64,000 nt of DNA from contig JAZDKB010000016.1 in assembly GCA_043803405.1 (NCBI GenBank), positions 1 to 64,000 of the forward strand, given 5' to 3'. The DNA is from Spirochaetota bacterium (GTDB taxonomy: Bacteria; Spirochaetota; UBA4802; JAFGDQ01). This document shows, one piece after another, positions 39,916-49,879 of this stretch (position 1 is its first letter; each line of letters opens with the position of its first letter). The notes beneath the pieces were generated by a model, which saw only the letters and a list, made by a program, of their open reading frames with translations, searched no databases and was not told where the DNA came from. Made by a program: the position numbers and the translations under genes.

Positions 39916-40986
39916 TTATTTAATATAATCAATTTTAACTTTCAGTCTTACATTGCCGGTTTTATTGTTTTTGTAGGAGGGTGTTTTTTCCTGACTCAGA
40001 TTGCCGAAACTGCTTATTCGATTTAAAAAATATTTTTGATGTTGGACCGGTATTTCCACAATAATATATTGATCCGGATGTTTTCTGTCCAATTCCTGTT
40101 TAATTATTTTACCTTTCATTTCAAGAACAGCTTTTCTAATCTCCGCTATTGTTGCATCCGCGTTCATTTCCTGTGTTTCGGATTCAGCTTTCGGCTTAAG
40201 AGCTTCCGATTGCTGCTCCTTCTTTGCTTGTGCTATTGTTACAGATTCAGCAGCTTCTCTGCTTTTTTCCATGTCGATCGGAGCACCTGCTGCTTTATCT
40301 TTGCTAAAGCGATCTGCTTTAAAAACATTCGATGCTTCATCGAGTTCTGCAGGGCTTGCAGGATGAGGAGCGCTCCTCACGCTGTCATCGATCCGGGCAT
40401 TCTCATAGCGTACAGTAGACAGAGCCAGCCTGTATACCGCAAGCTCCGCATGAATCGCTTGTCTGGTTTTGCCGGCTTTGGCAAATGTTTGCTCATCTTT
40501 TGAGACCGCAGCGACAGATGGCTCTTTTTTTCTTATCTCCGTTTGCAGCGACCTTTCAACAACAGCTAAATCAGTTTTCTTATCCATTACGCCGGAACTG
40601 TCTTTAAAGTCAAATTTCTCTGCAACATTCATGCTTTTGTTAATCTGATCCGCCGGATAAATAAATATAATAATTAATAGAGCAACAGCAGCCACACCGA
40701 GAACCTCAACCGGAACCTTAATCTTCAGAGGAAAAAATAAAATCCGCGCTATTTTCCGAAAACCCGATTGCTTATCAATGCGCTCGTTCATTTGTTCAAG
40801 GAAATCGGCCGGAGCCTTAGCCTGTTTAAGGGAAGCCATTTCCTTCTTATATTTCTTAAGTGAAGCAAGCTCAGTACTGCAGTCTTTACAGGACGCTACA
40901 TGCTTTTTGACAATGGCAGATAAATCCTTGCTCAATTCGTTTTCTGAATATTCATCAAGGAGTTTTTGTATTTCGTGACAGTCCAT
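39916..40986 (-). CDS. Zinc-finger (zf-HC2) transmembrane anti-sigma factor
   Basis: MDC...LL..Y...EL...HVASCKDC (HxxxCxxC), one TM, extracytoplasmic low-complexity region; begins 1 nt after the sigma stop. Confidence 0.88.
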   Translation of the reverse strand: MDCHEIQKLLDEYSENELSKDLSAIVKKHVASCKDCSTELASLKKYKKEMASLKQAKAPADFLEQMNERIDKQSGFRKIARILFFPLKIKVPVEVLGVAAVALLIIIFIYPADQINKSMNVAEKFDFKDSSGVMDKKTDLAVVERSLQTEIRKKEPSVAAVSKDEQTFAKAGKTRQAIHAELAVYRLALSTVRYENARIDDSVRSAPHPASPAELDEASNVFKADRFSKDKAAGAPIDMEKSREAAESVTIAQAKKEQQSEALKPKAESETQEMNADATIAEIRKAVLEMKGKIIKQELDRKHPDQYIIVEIPVQHQKYFLNRISSFGNLSQEKTPSYKNNKTGNVRLKVKIDYIK

Positions 40987-40987
40987 A

Positions 40988-41608
40988 TTACATAACTCCT
41001 GTTAATTTTTCTCTTAATTCCTGCCTGGCTCTTGCGAGCCTTGACTTGACTGTGCCCATATTAAGTCCGGTTATAGAGACTATTTCTTCATAAGATTTAT
41101 TTTCAATATCGCGTAAAACTATTAATATCTTCTCCCTGCTCTTTAATGAATCAACAGCATTCTGAATTATTGTTTCTCTTTCTTTTTTTTCATATAATTT
41201 TTCCGGGTTAAACGAGTTGTCGCCTGCTTTTATTCCCGGATTGCGTTCCCATGAAGATTCATTTACAGGTAGCGGACAATCCAGGCTCACTGCCTTTTTT
41301 TTCATTCTTGACGATAATGACGATATATTATTTTTACATGTATTTACTGAAATCCTGTACAGCCATGTGCTGAAACTTGATCCGAATTTAAATGTTTTCA
41401 AGTTGCTGAACACTTTAATGAATATCTCCTGCGCGCAGTCATTTGCCTCATCGTAATCGCCAAGCAAACGATAGCACAGATTATAGACACTATCCCTGTA
41501 TTTCAGCACCAGCTTATTAAAGGCAGCTCTGTCATTGCTGTTTCCCAGAAAAGCCTTTATCAAACTGAAATCTTCATCCCGCTGCAATTTATTCTTTCTT
41601 TCATTCAT
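40988..41608 (-). CDS. ECF RNA polymerase sigma factor (RpoE/SigW-like)
   Basis: AFNKLV..Y...VYN, AQEIFIK, FSTWLYRI..N, SYEEI, GTVKSRLARAR. The true start may be TTG at 41587. Confidence 0.95.
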   Translation of the reverse strand: MNERKNKLQRDEDFSLIKAFLGNSNDRAAFNKLVLKYRDSVYNLCYRLLGDYDEANDCAQEIFIKVFSNLKTFKFGSSFSTWLYRISVNTCKNNISSLSSRMKKKAVSLDCPLPVNESSWERNPGIKAGDNSFNPEKLYEKKERETIIQNAVDSLKSREKILIVLRDIENKSYEEIVSITGLNMGTVKSRLARARQELREKLTGVM

Positions 41609-41636
41609 TTAGACAAATACTCTGCTCAATAGTTCC
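41609..41636 (-). promoter_or_regulatory. Autoregulatory ECF promoter
   Basis: Minus strand reads GGAACT-attgagcagagtattt(16)-GTCTAA directly before the sigma ORF. Confidence 0.82.
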
Positions 41637-41747
41637 CATAATTCGTTATATTTTTCGGATATTTACTAAAAATTCAAGTTATTTCTTTAAAATATTTATT
41701 ATTAAAATATAGAATATTTCCATCTATAGATTTTGCCGAAATATATA

Positions 41748-41776
41748 TTGACTGCAATATAAAAAGTAATTACTAT
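41748..41776 (+). promoter_or_regulatory. Putative sigma70 promoter of the OMP-FecR operon
   Basis: TTGACT-N17-TACTAT, 30 nt before the ATG; AGGAG RBS. Confidence 0.6.
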
Positions 41777-41806
41777 TACAGGAAAAATCTCCAGGAGAAA
41801 GCATCA

Positions 41807-42514
41807 ATGAAAAAATTTATTTGCGCGGTATTTTTTATAATATCTTTTATTATTTTTCCTCTGTTTCAGAGTTCGTTGTCGGCTGAGATGAGCGTAGGCG
41901 CTTCCACATGGTATTGCTGGTGGAAAGCATCGGGAGACACTAATGACATGAACCTTAAACCTACATTGCTTTACGGCCCGGCTGCTTCCGTACGAATAAA
42001 CGATTCATGGAGTATAGCAGGCGTATTTTTATACGGACAATTTACCGGCAAAGAAAATACCGATGGCAGCCCGGACAATATCTCCAGATTCGATTCCGAT
42101 CTCTCTTTGAATTATAACATTAATCGTTATTTTAAATTATTCGGCGGCGGAAAACTCATGGGATTTAACTGGGATTCAAGTCAAGACAGCGGGAAGCACT
42201 GGAGCGCCGGTCCCGGACTTGGTATCGGAAGCACTTTGCCTCTGGTAAGCAATTTATATCTGCTCTTAAATTTATCCGGTACATATTCATGGGGCAAACA
42301 TGATGGCGACAATAATGGCGATAATAATAACGGCAGCATAAAGGAAAATACTTTTAACACGAACGCGTCTCTTGCTTATTACTTTGCATCAGCCTCTACT
42401 TCCGTAAATCTGGGTTTTAGATATCAATATTTATTTATTGATAATCCCGGTGAAAATAAAAATGACACTTTTTATTTTTACGGTGGTACTTTATCGGTTG
42501 TTTATTCTTTTTAG
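41807..42514 (+). CDS. Outer-membrane beta-barrel protein
   Basis: Signal peptide; alternating aromatic/Gly beta-strands; ends GGTLSVVYSF (beta-signal). Confidence 0.8.
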   Translation: MKKFICAVFFIISFIIFPLFQSSLSAEMSVGASTWYCWWKASGDTNDMNLKPTLLYGPAASVRINDSWSIAGVFLYGQFTGKENTDGSPDNISRFDSDLSLNYNINRYFKLFGGGKLMGFNWDSSQDSGKHWSAGPGLGIGSTLPLVSNLYLLLNLSGTYSWGKHDGDNNGDNNNGSIKENTFNTNASLAYYFASASTSVNLGFRYQYLFIDNPGENKNDTFYFYGGTLSVVYSF

Positions 42515-42577
42515 AAATATGTATTTATTAACAAAATTTTCCTGCGGATTTTATTAATTCTTTATCGGGGTGATATT

Positions 42578-43648
42578 ATGATTATTCAAAAGAAAAATAT
42601 TTTTGTTATTAGCGTTATTTCCCTTGTACTGATAATGAGCCTATCATGCAGCAAAGATAATACTGCTCCGAAAGAATCCTCTATACTGATAGTGCAGACT
42701 GTCCTCGGCGATGTAAAAATACAATCAGGCAATGAAACTGTAATTCCATCCACAGGCTTCGCGATTAAAGAAAACAGCATTATAAAAACAGGAAAGCTTT
42801 CCATAATCGACATCAAATATAAAGACAGCGGAATAATCAGGATAAGCGAGAACACAAATATAAATGTTTCTCGTCTTGTTTCTTCCGAAAAGTCAGACGA
42901 AACTCTGATGGAAATGTCGGAAGGCAAAGTCTTTATTACGGTCACCAAGTTGCTGAAGGATACGAAATTGCAGGTTAAGACCCCGACATCTGTTGCTGCT
43001 GTGCGCGGAACATCTTTCAGAGTATCCTCGGATAAAGGCATATCGCGAGTTGATGTATTAACCGGCAAGGTTAAAGTAAATCCCGTACAGGATAATATTA
43101 TAATTGATAAGATAGAAAGAATAGTAGAACCGGACAAGGCAGTTGAAATAGATCAAAAAGATATTGTAAAAATTGTCGAGCAGAAGAAAAATATTGAAAT
43201 TGTAACTCTGCAAAAAGAAGAAATAGCAGCTATAAAAGAAGAAGCGAAATTATTTAAAATCGATGACACGTTCAACGAAGAAATAAAAAATGAAATAAAA
43301 GAGATCGGGATAGAAACAAAACCTGCTGAAGAAATAAAAGATAATAAAGTTTATGAGGCTGAATTAATTAAACAATTGGAAAAAGTTAAAATTGAAAAAG
43401 AAGCGGAACTTAAAGAGAAAGAAATAAAAGCTAAAAAAGCTGCTCTGGAAGAAGAACAAAAGAAAAAAGATGAACAAAAAAACGCTGAAAAAGCACAGCT
43501 TAAGAAATTAGAACTGGAAAAGAGAGAAAAAGAAAAAGCCGCACAAGAACATGCCAAAGAGCTTGCAAAAGAGCAAGCACAACAAAAGCAAAAACAGGAA
43601 GAAAAGAAAAAAGAAGAATCACGCGTGAAGAATATACCGAATTTTTAA
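42578..43648 (+). CDS. FecR-domain lipoprotein (LipL45-like) with K/E-rich coiled-coil tail
   Basis: Lipobox SLS-C; IKTG..S...I, IRISENT, GKVF, VKTPTSVAAVRGTSF, V..GKV; highly charged C-terminus. Confidence 0.85.
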   Translation: MIIQKKNIFVISVISLVLIMSLSCSKDNTAPKESSILIVQTVLGDVKIQSGNETVIPSTGFAIKENSIIKTGKLSIIDIKYKDSGIIRISENTNINVSRLVSSEKSDETLMEMSEGKVFITVTKLLKDTKLQVKTPTSVAAVRGTSFRVSSDKGISRVDVLTGKVKVNPVQDNIIIDKIERIVEPDKAVEIDQKDIVKIVEQKKNIEIVTLQKEEIAAIKEEAKLFKIDDTFNEEIKNEIKEIGIETKPAEEIKDNKVYEAELIKQLEKVKIEKEAELKEKEIKAKKAALEEEQKKKDEQKNAEKAQLKKLELEKREKEKAAQEHAKELAKEQAQQKQKQEEKKKEESRVKNIPNF

Positions 43649-43800
43649 GCTCTGTGACTTAAAAATTCCGTATAATACTGGATATTTTATTTAAAAATAA
43701 AGATGCTACCAAACCAAGTCCCTGCAATTCAGAGATAGATCCGCAAAATTAATAAATATAAAATTGCTTAACAAGTTATGCAATAAAGGAGTTGTTTTAC

Positions 43801-45573
43801 ATGAAGATTGAAAAAAAAATCATCCTTATAACCACCTTAAGCTGCCTTATTTCTCTTCTGCTTTATCAGGGATTTTATATACTACATCTTTACAATGTAA
43901 AAACGGACAGCGTCGCAGAATTCCGCCGCGTGCTTATGGCGAATTATGATAATGACATCAAACACCAGGTAGAAAATACGGTTACAATGCTGGATGGTTT
44001 ATATAAATTGCATAAAGCCGGGAAGCTATCCTTTGAAGAAGCAAAATACCAGGGCAAGGAACTTATAAGAAATATTAGATACGGTAAAGAAGGATACTTC
44101 TGGATCGACACATACGAAGGCATAAACGTTATGCATGCGTTTAAACCTGAGATAGAAGGAAAATCCAGAATTAATTCGAAAGACATAAAGGGGAAGCTCC
44201 TTATAAAAGAAATAATTGAGAACGGACGTAAGCAGGGAGGCGGATTTACCGACTATTATTTCACCAAGGGGAGCGGAACAGTACCGTTTCCCAAACGCGG
44301 GTATTCGCTGAATTTTGAGCCCTTTGAATGGGTGCTTGGAACCGGAAATTATTTAGATGATATTGAAGCAACAATTGAGCTTGAAAACAAATATTACACA
44401 AACGAAATTCAGGAAAAGCTACTGATTTCTATTGGTGTTTTTCTCGTACTTGTATTTTTTTCCATAATCACAGCCCGGCGTTATGCCCGCAAATTCGTAA
44501 CAAAACCGGTCCAGAAATTGGTTAAAGCTTTCCGCGACCTTGCAGAGGGCGAAGGCGATCTGACCAAGAGAATTGATTTTAATTCCAGCGACGAACTTTC
44601 CGATCTTGCTAACTCCTTTAACGGTTTTACTGAAAATATCGCTAAAGTTATAAAAGACGTCCGCCTGATAGCAGACGCCCTTGCTTCAGCAGCTACGGAG
44701 ATGCATTCCTCAACAGACGGATTTTCGGAAAACAGCCAGGGACAGGCTTCATCGGCTGAGGAGGCCACTGCCAGCACGGAAGAAGTCTCTGCTGAAGTCG
44801 ATAATGTCGCGGCTCTTGCAGCAAAACAGTCCGAAAATCTTATGGAACTTCAATCAAGTATCAGATCCCTTACCGCGGAACTGGAAAACCTGGAGGCAAA
44901 AGTTAACGAATCAAGGGATATTACAAATGATATCGCTCAAAACAGTGATTACGGTATAAAGTCGCTTAATGAAATGAACGAAACAATGACCAGAATACAG
45001 GGAAGTTCAATGGAAATGGTCGGCATAGTATCGATAATTAATGATATATCGGATCAGATAAATCTTCTTTCCCTTAACGCTGCAATTGAATCTGCAAGGG
45101 CCGGCGAAGCAGGCAGGGGCTTTGCTGTTGTATCGGATGAAATATCGAAACTCGCGGATCAGACAGCAGGCAGCATTAATGATATAAGCAGGCTCATAAA
45201 AACAAACAACGCAGGGATTACCAAGGGAATAGAAAAACTGAATATTGCAAATACCAAAATTGGAGATATCTTAAAGGCCGTAAGTTCAATCAACAGTATG
45301 ATAGGACAGCTTGTGGAAATAATGAAAGGCCAGGCAAGAACAAACAAGGAGGTAAATACCGGAGCGGAAAAAGTTAAGGATATGGCGGATGAAATAAGAT
45401 CAAGAACCGGGCAGCAAAAATCCGCCATGGAAGAGATCGTCACAGTCATAACAAAAATCGGCGAACTCACTCAGTCGAGCGCTTCGGGCGCCCTTGAAAT
45501 GGCTGCGACTTCAAGAGAGCTGTCTTTAATGGCAAAAGATCTCAATGAGAAAGTATCTTTTTTCAAGGTTTAA
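43801..45573 (+). CDS. Methyl-accepting chemotaxis protein (TM-sCache_2-TM-HAMP-MCPsignal)
   Basis: RYGKEGYFW Cache domain, [43 protein letters not shown] 43801 preceded by AAAGGAG. Confidence 0.96.
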   Translation: MKIEKKIILITTLSCLISLLLYQGFYILHLYNVKTDSVAEFRRVLMANYDNDIKHQVENTVTMLDGLYKLHKAGKLSFEEAKYQGKELIRNIRYGKEGYFWIDTYEGINVMHAFKPEIEGKSRINSKDIKGKLLIKEIIENGRKQGGGFTDYYFTKGSGTVPFPKRGYSLNFEPFEWVLGTGNYLDDIEATIELENKYYTNEIQEKLLISIGVFLVLVFFSIITARRYARKFVTKPVQKLVKAFRDLAEGEGDLTKRIDFNSSDELSDLANSFNGFTENIAKVIKDVRLIADALASAATEMHSSTDGFSENSQGQASSAEEATASTEEVSAEVDNVAALAAKQSENLMELQSSIRSLTAELENLEAKVNESRDITNDIAQNSDYGIKSLNEMNETMTRIQGSSMEMVGIVSIINDISDQINLLSLNAAIESARAGEAGRGFAVVSDEISKLADQTAGSINDISRLIKTNNAGITKGIEKLNIANTKIGDILKAVSSINSMIGQLVEIMKGQARTNKEVNTGAEKVKDMADEIRSRTGQQKSAMEEIVTVITKIGELTQSSASGALEMAATSRELSLMAKDLNEKVSFFKV

Positions 45574-45574
45574 A

Positions 45575-45598
45575 TCAGAATTTTTCCGGATTCTGATG
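45575..45598. terminator. Hairpin after the MCP stop, between convergent genes
   Basis: atcagaat-ttttccgg-attctgat. Confidence 0.4.
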
Positions 45599-45655
45599 TT
45601 ATTGGCTTAGAGCGAATTTCGGCAAGTTATGCAACAAGTCTATTAAATTTATCTC

Positions 45656-46417
45656 TTATACCCTCTCAAGAATTTCCCTGGTAAGGTCCATGTAATCGTC
45701 AGCACCGCTGCTGCCTGGTTTATATTCGAAGATCGTTTTCCCCCAGCTGGGAGCTTCCTGCAGAGCCACATTTTCCCTTATCAGTGTCTTAAAGAGTTTT
45801 CCCGGAAGACGCTTCTCAATTTCATCTATTACTTCGTTATTGATCACTTTCTTGGCGCTATACATTGTGCCTATAATGCCGGTTATCTTCAGGTTCTTGT
45901 TCAGTCTTTTCTTAACCATTTCAACAGCTTCAAAAAGATTGTACATTCCATGGTATGGAAGGAACTGTACCTGCAAAGGAATAAAAATTTCATTTGAAAA
46001 ACATAATGCATTCAGCGTAAGAATGCCGAGAGAAGGCGGACAATCGATCAGAACAAAATCGTACCCGTTTAAATTCTCCAGCGCGTCGCGCAAAAGAAAC
46101 TCCTTTGCCGGTATAGCTATAAACTCAATCCCGCGCAGTTCAGGGCTAGAAGGCAGCACCTGTATCCCTTCCCTGTCGATCAATGTCTCCTGGTATGACA
46201 CTTCACCTTTCATAACATCATAAATCGTTTTTTCAATATTAATTGGCTGATCGAATCTGTTCTGGCTTATACCGAAATGATAAGTGGACTGTGCCTGCGG
46301 GTCCATGTCAATTACCAGCACCTTTTTCCCCAGCCTGTTAAGACTGGCAGCCACATTAACAGTGCTGGTTGTTTTACCTACTCCGCCCTTGTTATTGGAG
46401 AATGATATTATTCTCAT
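45656..46417 (-). CDS. Orphan ParA/Soj-family ATPase
   Basis: MRIISFSNNKGGVGKTT, IDMDPQ, IDCPPSLG, IRENVALQEAPS; start moved to ATG 46417, which overlaps the clpA 3' end. Confidence 0.93.
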   Translation of the reverse strand: MRIISFSNNKGGVGKTTSTVNVAASLNRLGKKVLVIDMDPQAQSTYHFGISQNRFDQPINIEKTIYDVMKGEVSYQETLIDREGIQVLPSSPELRGIEFIAIPAKEFLLRDALENLNGYDFVLIDCPPSLGILTLNALCFSNEIFIPLQVQFLPYHGMYNLFEAVEMVKKRLNKNLKITGIIGTMYSAKKVINNEVIDEIEKRLPGKLFKTLIRENVALQEAPSWGKTIFEYKPGSSGADDYMDLTREILERV

Positions 46418-48689
46418 TTTTTCCCTTCCCTTCAACTTTAACTGCAACATCATCGTTTTCAATAGTGACATTCGCCTTTCCGCCATCCTTCAACTCCCCG
46501 AAAAGAACCTCATCCACAAAAAATGCTTTTACTTTAGTCTGTACCAACCGGCTGATTTCCCTTGCGCCGAATTGAGGCGAATAACCCTTCGCAGCAAGCC
46601 ATCGACAGCATTCATCGGAAACATCAATTATAATATTTTTTTCACTAAGCTGTTTTTTGAATTCATCAATATATTTTTTAACGATTTTTAAAATAATTTC
46701 TTCACTTAATCCGTTGAATGTAACAATGGAATCAAGCCGGTTGCGGAATTCCGGAGAAAATATTTTTTCAACAGCTTCTGTTACGGCATGTCCTTCTATC
46801 TTCGCATCGCCGTAACCAATAACGTTTTTACCGATATCTCTTGCGCCGGCATTGGATGTCATAATAATGATGCAGTTATGGAAATCCGCCTTTTTACCGT
46901 TGTTATCCGTTAAAGTTGCGTAATCCATAACCTGGAGCAGCGTATTAAATATATCCGAATGCGCCTTCTCAACTTCGTCAAGCAAAAGCACAGAATACGG
47001 GGTTTTTCTTATAGCTTCAGTCAACAGCCCGCCCTCTTCATAGCCGACATATCCAGGGGGCGCACCGATAAGCCTCGCAACAGTATGCTTTTCCTGATAT
47101 TCACTCATGTCGAAACGATGCAGTTTGATTCCCATTATGGACGCCAGTTGTCTGGCCAGTTCCGTTTTTCCGACTCCAGTTGGCCCCGCAAACAAGAATG
47201 AAGCTATTGGCCTGTCTGCATCGTGAAAACCCGCACGCGATCGTTTTATTGCATCAGCAACCAGCTTAATCGCTTCATCCTGGCCGAAGATATTCCTTTT
47301 CAGATCTTCCTCGAGGTCCTTTAATCCTTTTACTTCAGCAGCAGATACCGATTTAACAGGTATCCTTGCCATCTTTGCAACAATCTTTTCGATCTCGTGC
47401 GTTGTGATTATATCTGCAGCGCCGTCTTCCATTCTGTACATCTGCGCAAATGCGCCTGCTTCATCTATCACGTCAATAGCTTTATCCGGCAAATGACGGT
47501 CGTTAACGTGTTTTGCGGACAGCTCCACGGCAGCACACAGAGCCTCATCCTCATATTTTACATTATGATATGTCTCATATTTATCCCTGATGCCTAGCAA
47601 TATCCTGTATGTTTCATCAATTGTCGGCTCCGGGATCTCTATCTTCTGAAATCTTCTTGAAAGCGCGTGATCCTTCTGGAAATATTTCGTATATTCCTCG
47701 TACGTCGTTGATCCGATGCATCTCATTTTTCCGGATGTCAGCACGGGCTTAAGTATGTTGGATGCGTCCATTGTGCCCCCTGAAACCGCGCCTGCACCGA
47801 TAATCGTATGTATCTCATCAATAAAAAGAATGACGTTTTTAATTTCCTTAAGCTCAGCTATTATTTTTTTCATGCGGTCTTCAAAGTCGCCGCGGTACTT
47901 TGTGCCGGCCAGAATCGCTCCCATATCCAGTGAATATATAGTCGCATCTTTCAGCGGCCTGGGTACTTTTCCGGACGCAATCATCTGGGCAAGTCCTTCG
48001 GTAATTGCAGTTTTACCAACGCCGGCATCGCCCACGTGAATCGGGTTGTTTTTAAACCTTCTGCAAAGCACCTGTATTGTCTGTTCCAGTATTTCTTCCC
48101 TTCCGATGATCGGCTCAACTTCATTATTACGTGCTTTCTCAACAAGTTCAACCGCAAATACCTGAAGATAACTTTTAGTTTTTTTCTTTTCCTGCTCTTT
48201 GCCCTGCTTATCCCTTGCCTTATCGATCTTCTCGTTAATATCCTTAATATAATAGTCTTCCGGCATAACAGAGATGCCGTGAGAAATGTAATTAAGCAAA
48301 TCGAGCTTTGTTATGCCTTCTTCCTGAAGAAAATAGGCAGCATAAGATTCTTTCTCGTCTAAAATTGCAGCGTATATATCGCCTATATCCAGTTCGTTCT
48401 TCTGCGCGCTGGTTATGTGCCAAATAGCTTTTTCCATTATATTCTGGAACCCAACTGACTGGTTAGGCTCCTTTCCCTGAACAACAGGTATATTTTTCTT
48501 TAAGTGATCTTCGATCTTTGTCCTTAACCTTTCAATATTCGCACCGCAGTTCTCAATTATTCGTTTGCTTCTTTCAAAAAAAAGCGAGGCATATAAAAGA
48601 TGTTCAGGCGTGAGATACTCATGATTCCTTGCCGTTGCTTCATTGAACGCGGACATTATTATCTGATTCAGTTCTTCATTTATTTCCAT
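46392..48689 (-). CDS. clpA: ATP-dependent Clp protease ATPase ClpA
   Basis: HEYLTPEHLL, GDAGVGKT, GPTGVGKT, IGY loop, no M-domain; follows clpS. Confidence 0.96.
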   Translation of the reverse strand: MEINEELNQIIMSAFNEATARNHEYLTPEHLLYASLFFERSKRIIENCGANIERLRTKIEDHLKKNIPVVQGKEPNQSVGFQNIMEKAIWHITSAQKNELDIGDIYAAILDEKESYAAYFLQEEGITKLDLLNYISHGISVMPEDYYIKDINEKIDKARDKQGKEQEKKKTKSYLQVFAVELVEKARNNEVEPIIGREEILEQTIQVLCRRFKNNPIHVGDAGVGKTAITEGLAQMIASGKVPRPLKDATIYSLDMGAILAGTKYRGDFEDRMKKIIAELKEIKNVILFIDEIHTIIGAGAVSGGTMDASNILKPVLTSGKMRCIGSTTYEEYTKYFQKDHALSRRFQKIEIPEPTIDETYRILLGIRDKYETYHNVKYEDEALCAAVELSAKHVNDRHLPDKAIDVIDEAGAFAQMYRMEDGAADIITTHEIEKIVAKMARIPVKSVSAAEVKGLKDLEEDLKRNIFGQDEAIKLVADAIKRSRAGFHDADRPIASFLFAGPTGVGKTELARQLASIMGIKLHRFDMSEYQEKHTVARLIGAPPGYVGYEEGGLLTEAIRKTPYSVLLLDEVEKAHSDIFNTLLQVMDYATLTDNNGKKADFHNCIIIMTSNAGARDIGKNVIGYGDAKIEGHAVTEAVEKIFSPEFRNRLDSIVTFNGLSEEIILKIVKKYIDEFKKQLSEKNIIIDVSDECCRWLAAKGYSPQFGAREISRLVQTKVKAFFVDEVLFGELKDGGKANVTIENDDVAVKVEGKGKNENNIILQ

Positions 48690-48756
48690 GACTTATTATT
48701 TTCCCTGTAAAACTTCCGAGAATAACGCAATGTTATTAACGCCTGCTAAAAAACCT

Positions 48757-49107
48757 CTATGCTTCTTCAAAACTGCATTTCAACGGAAACTGCCTTTTCT
48801 TTGCCATTTTATGCACTTCAGATATCTTTGTTACAGCAATATCATAAGTGTATACGCCGCATACTCCGATTCCCTTTTTATGTATATCGAGCATTATCTT
48901 TGTAGCCTCGGCAGCCGGCTTGTGAAAGACTTTCATTATTACTTCAACGACAAAATCCATGGTAGTATAATGATCATTGTGCATAAGGACCCTGTACATC
49001 TTCGGATGAGCCAGCTTTTCTTCAGGCTTGACTTTTAAAGCACTTTCCAAAGACTCATCAGTTCCACCGGAATCGTTTGTCCCGTTAGCCTCATCATTCT
49101 GTGCCAT
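48757..49107 (-). CDS. clpS: Clp adaptor ClpS
   Basis: PKMYRVLMHNDHYTTMDFVV...IH..G..VCG.Y..DIA.TK...FPLKC. Confidence 0.96.
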   Translation of the reverse strand: MAQNDEANGTNDSGGTDESLESALKVKPEEKLAHPKMYRVLMHNDHYTTMDFVVEVIMKVFHKPAAEATKIMLDIHKKGIGVCGVYTYDIAVTKISEVHKMAKKRQFPLKCSFEEA

Positions 49108-49428
49108 ATAAAAAATCCAATTCTGTTTAAAAAAATAATTTTAAGCAGGATATTATATTATATCACAAATACATTATACATGACAAGTTTAGCAAGTATT
49201 TTTATTATAATGACTTGCAATTTTATATCTATAATAATATTATTTCCTGTAAATTGTTATTTTTCAGGACAATTTTTAATTTATAAGCAAACCGGATTAT
49301 CTTTACGAATATTTGTTTAAGAGTAAGGAAGAGTACGAACTAAAATTTTATACAGTTACTTTATCTCAATTTAACATATTAGTTCCGGAACACTCTCGAA
49401 CTTTTCTATATTAATTGGAGAAATCATT

Positions 49429-49755
49429 ATGGAAGAATATATTGATGTCCCAAAAGGAGTATCGCTCGAAGTTATTGAAGGTGTTGATACAGGCACAAGG
49501 TTTGCAATTGACAACAAAACAATAACTATTGGACGGGCAGACGCGTCCGATCTTAAGTTAACTGACGAATATGTTTCCAACAAGCATTGTCAGATAGTAT
49601 TCCGCGAGGATCACTTTACAGTTATAGACCTGCAAAGCTTAAACAAAACAAAAATAAATGACAACGTTTTTCAGCAAAGGAATCTGGATAACGGGGATAT
49701 TTTATCGCTCGGCAAAACAAAAATTAAGTTCCTCTGGGAAAAGCAGGATAATTAA
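49429..49755 (+). CDS. Stand-alone FHA domain protein
   Basis: TIGR, VSNKH, DLQSLNKT, L.NGD...LG; RBS GGAG. Confidence 0.9.
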   Translation: MEEYIDVPKGVSLEVIEGVDTGTRFAIDNKTITIGRADASDLKLTDEYVSNKHCQIVFREDHFTVIDLQSLNKTKINDNVFQQRNLDNGDILSLGKTKIKFLWEKQDN

Positions 49756-49879
49756 ACGCCTGTTTAACCGGATAATTTAAGGATGAGCTGATAATATATC
49801 CTGCCTCCCTGAAAAATAGTTTCTTGACTTAAAACTCCGAATTTGCAAAATCGTGTAAAAATTTTTGGAAGATAATTAA

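Noticed and set aside
42586..43137. 183-aa minus ORF (likewise 56767..57330, 40036..40503, 13884..14324 and other antisense ORFs)
   Set aside because: Ser/Phe/Ile-rich antisense mirrors of Lys/Glu-rich real genes.
46418..46486. N-terminal extension of ParA given in the ORF track
   Set aside because: It lies within clpA; the ParA fold starts at MRIISF (46417), which has a purine-rich RBS.
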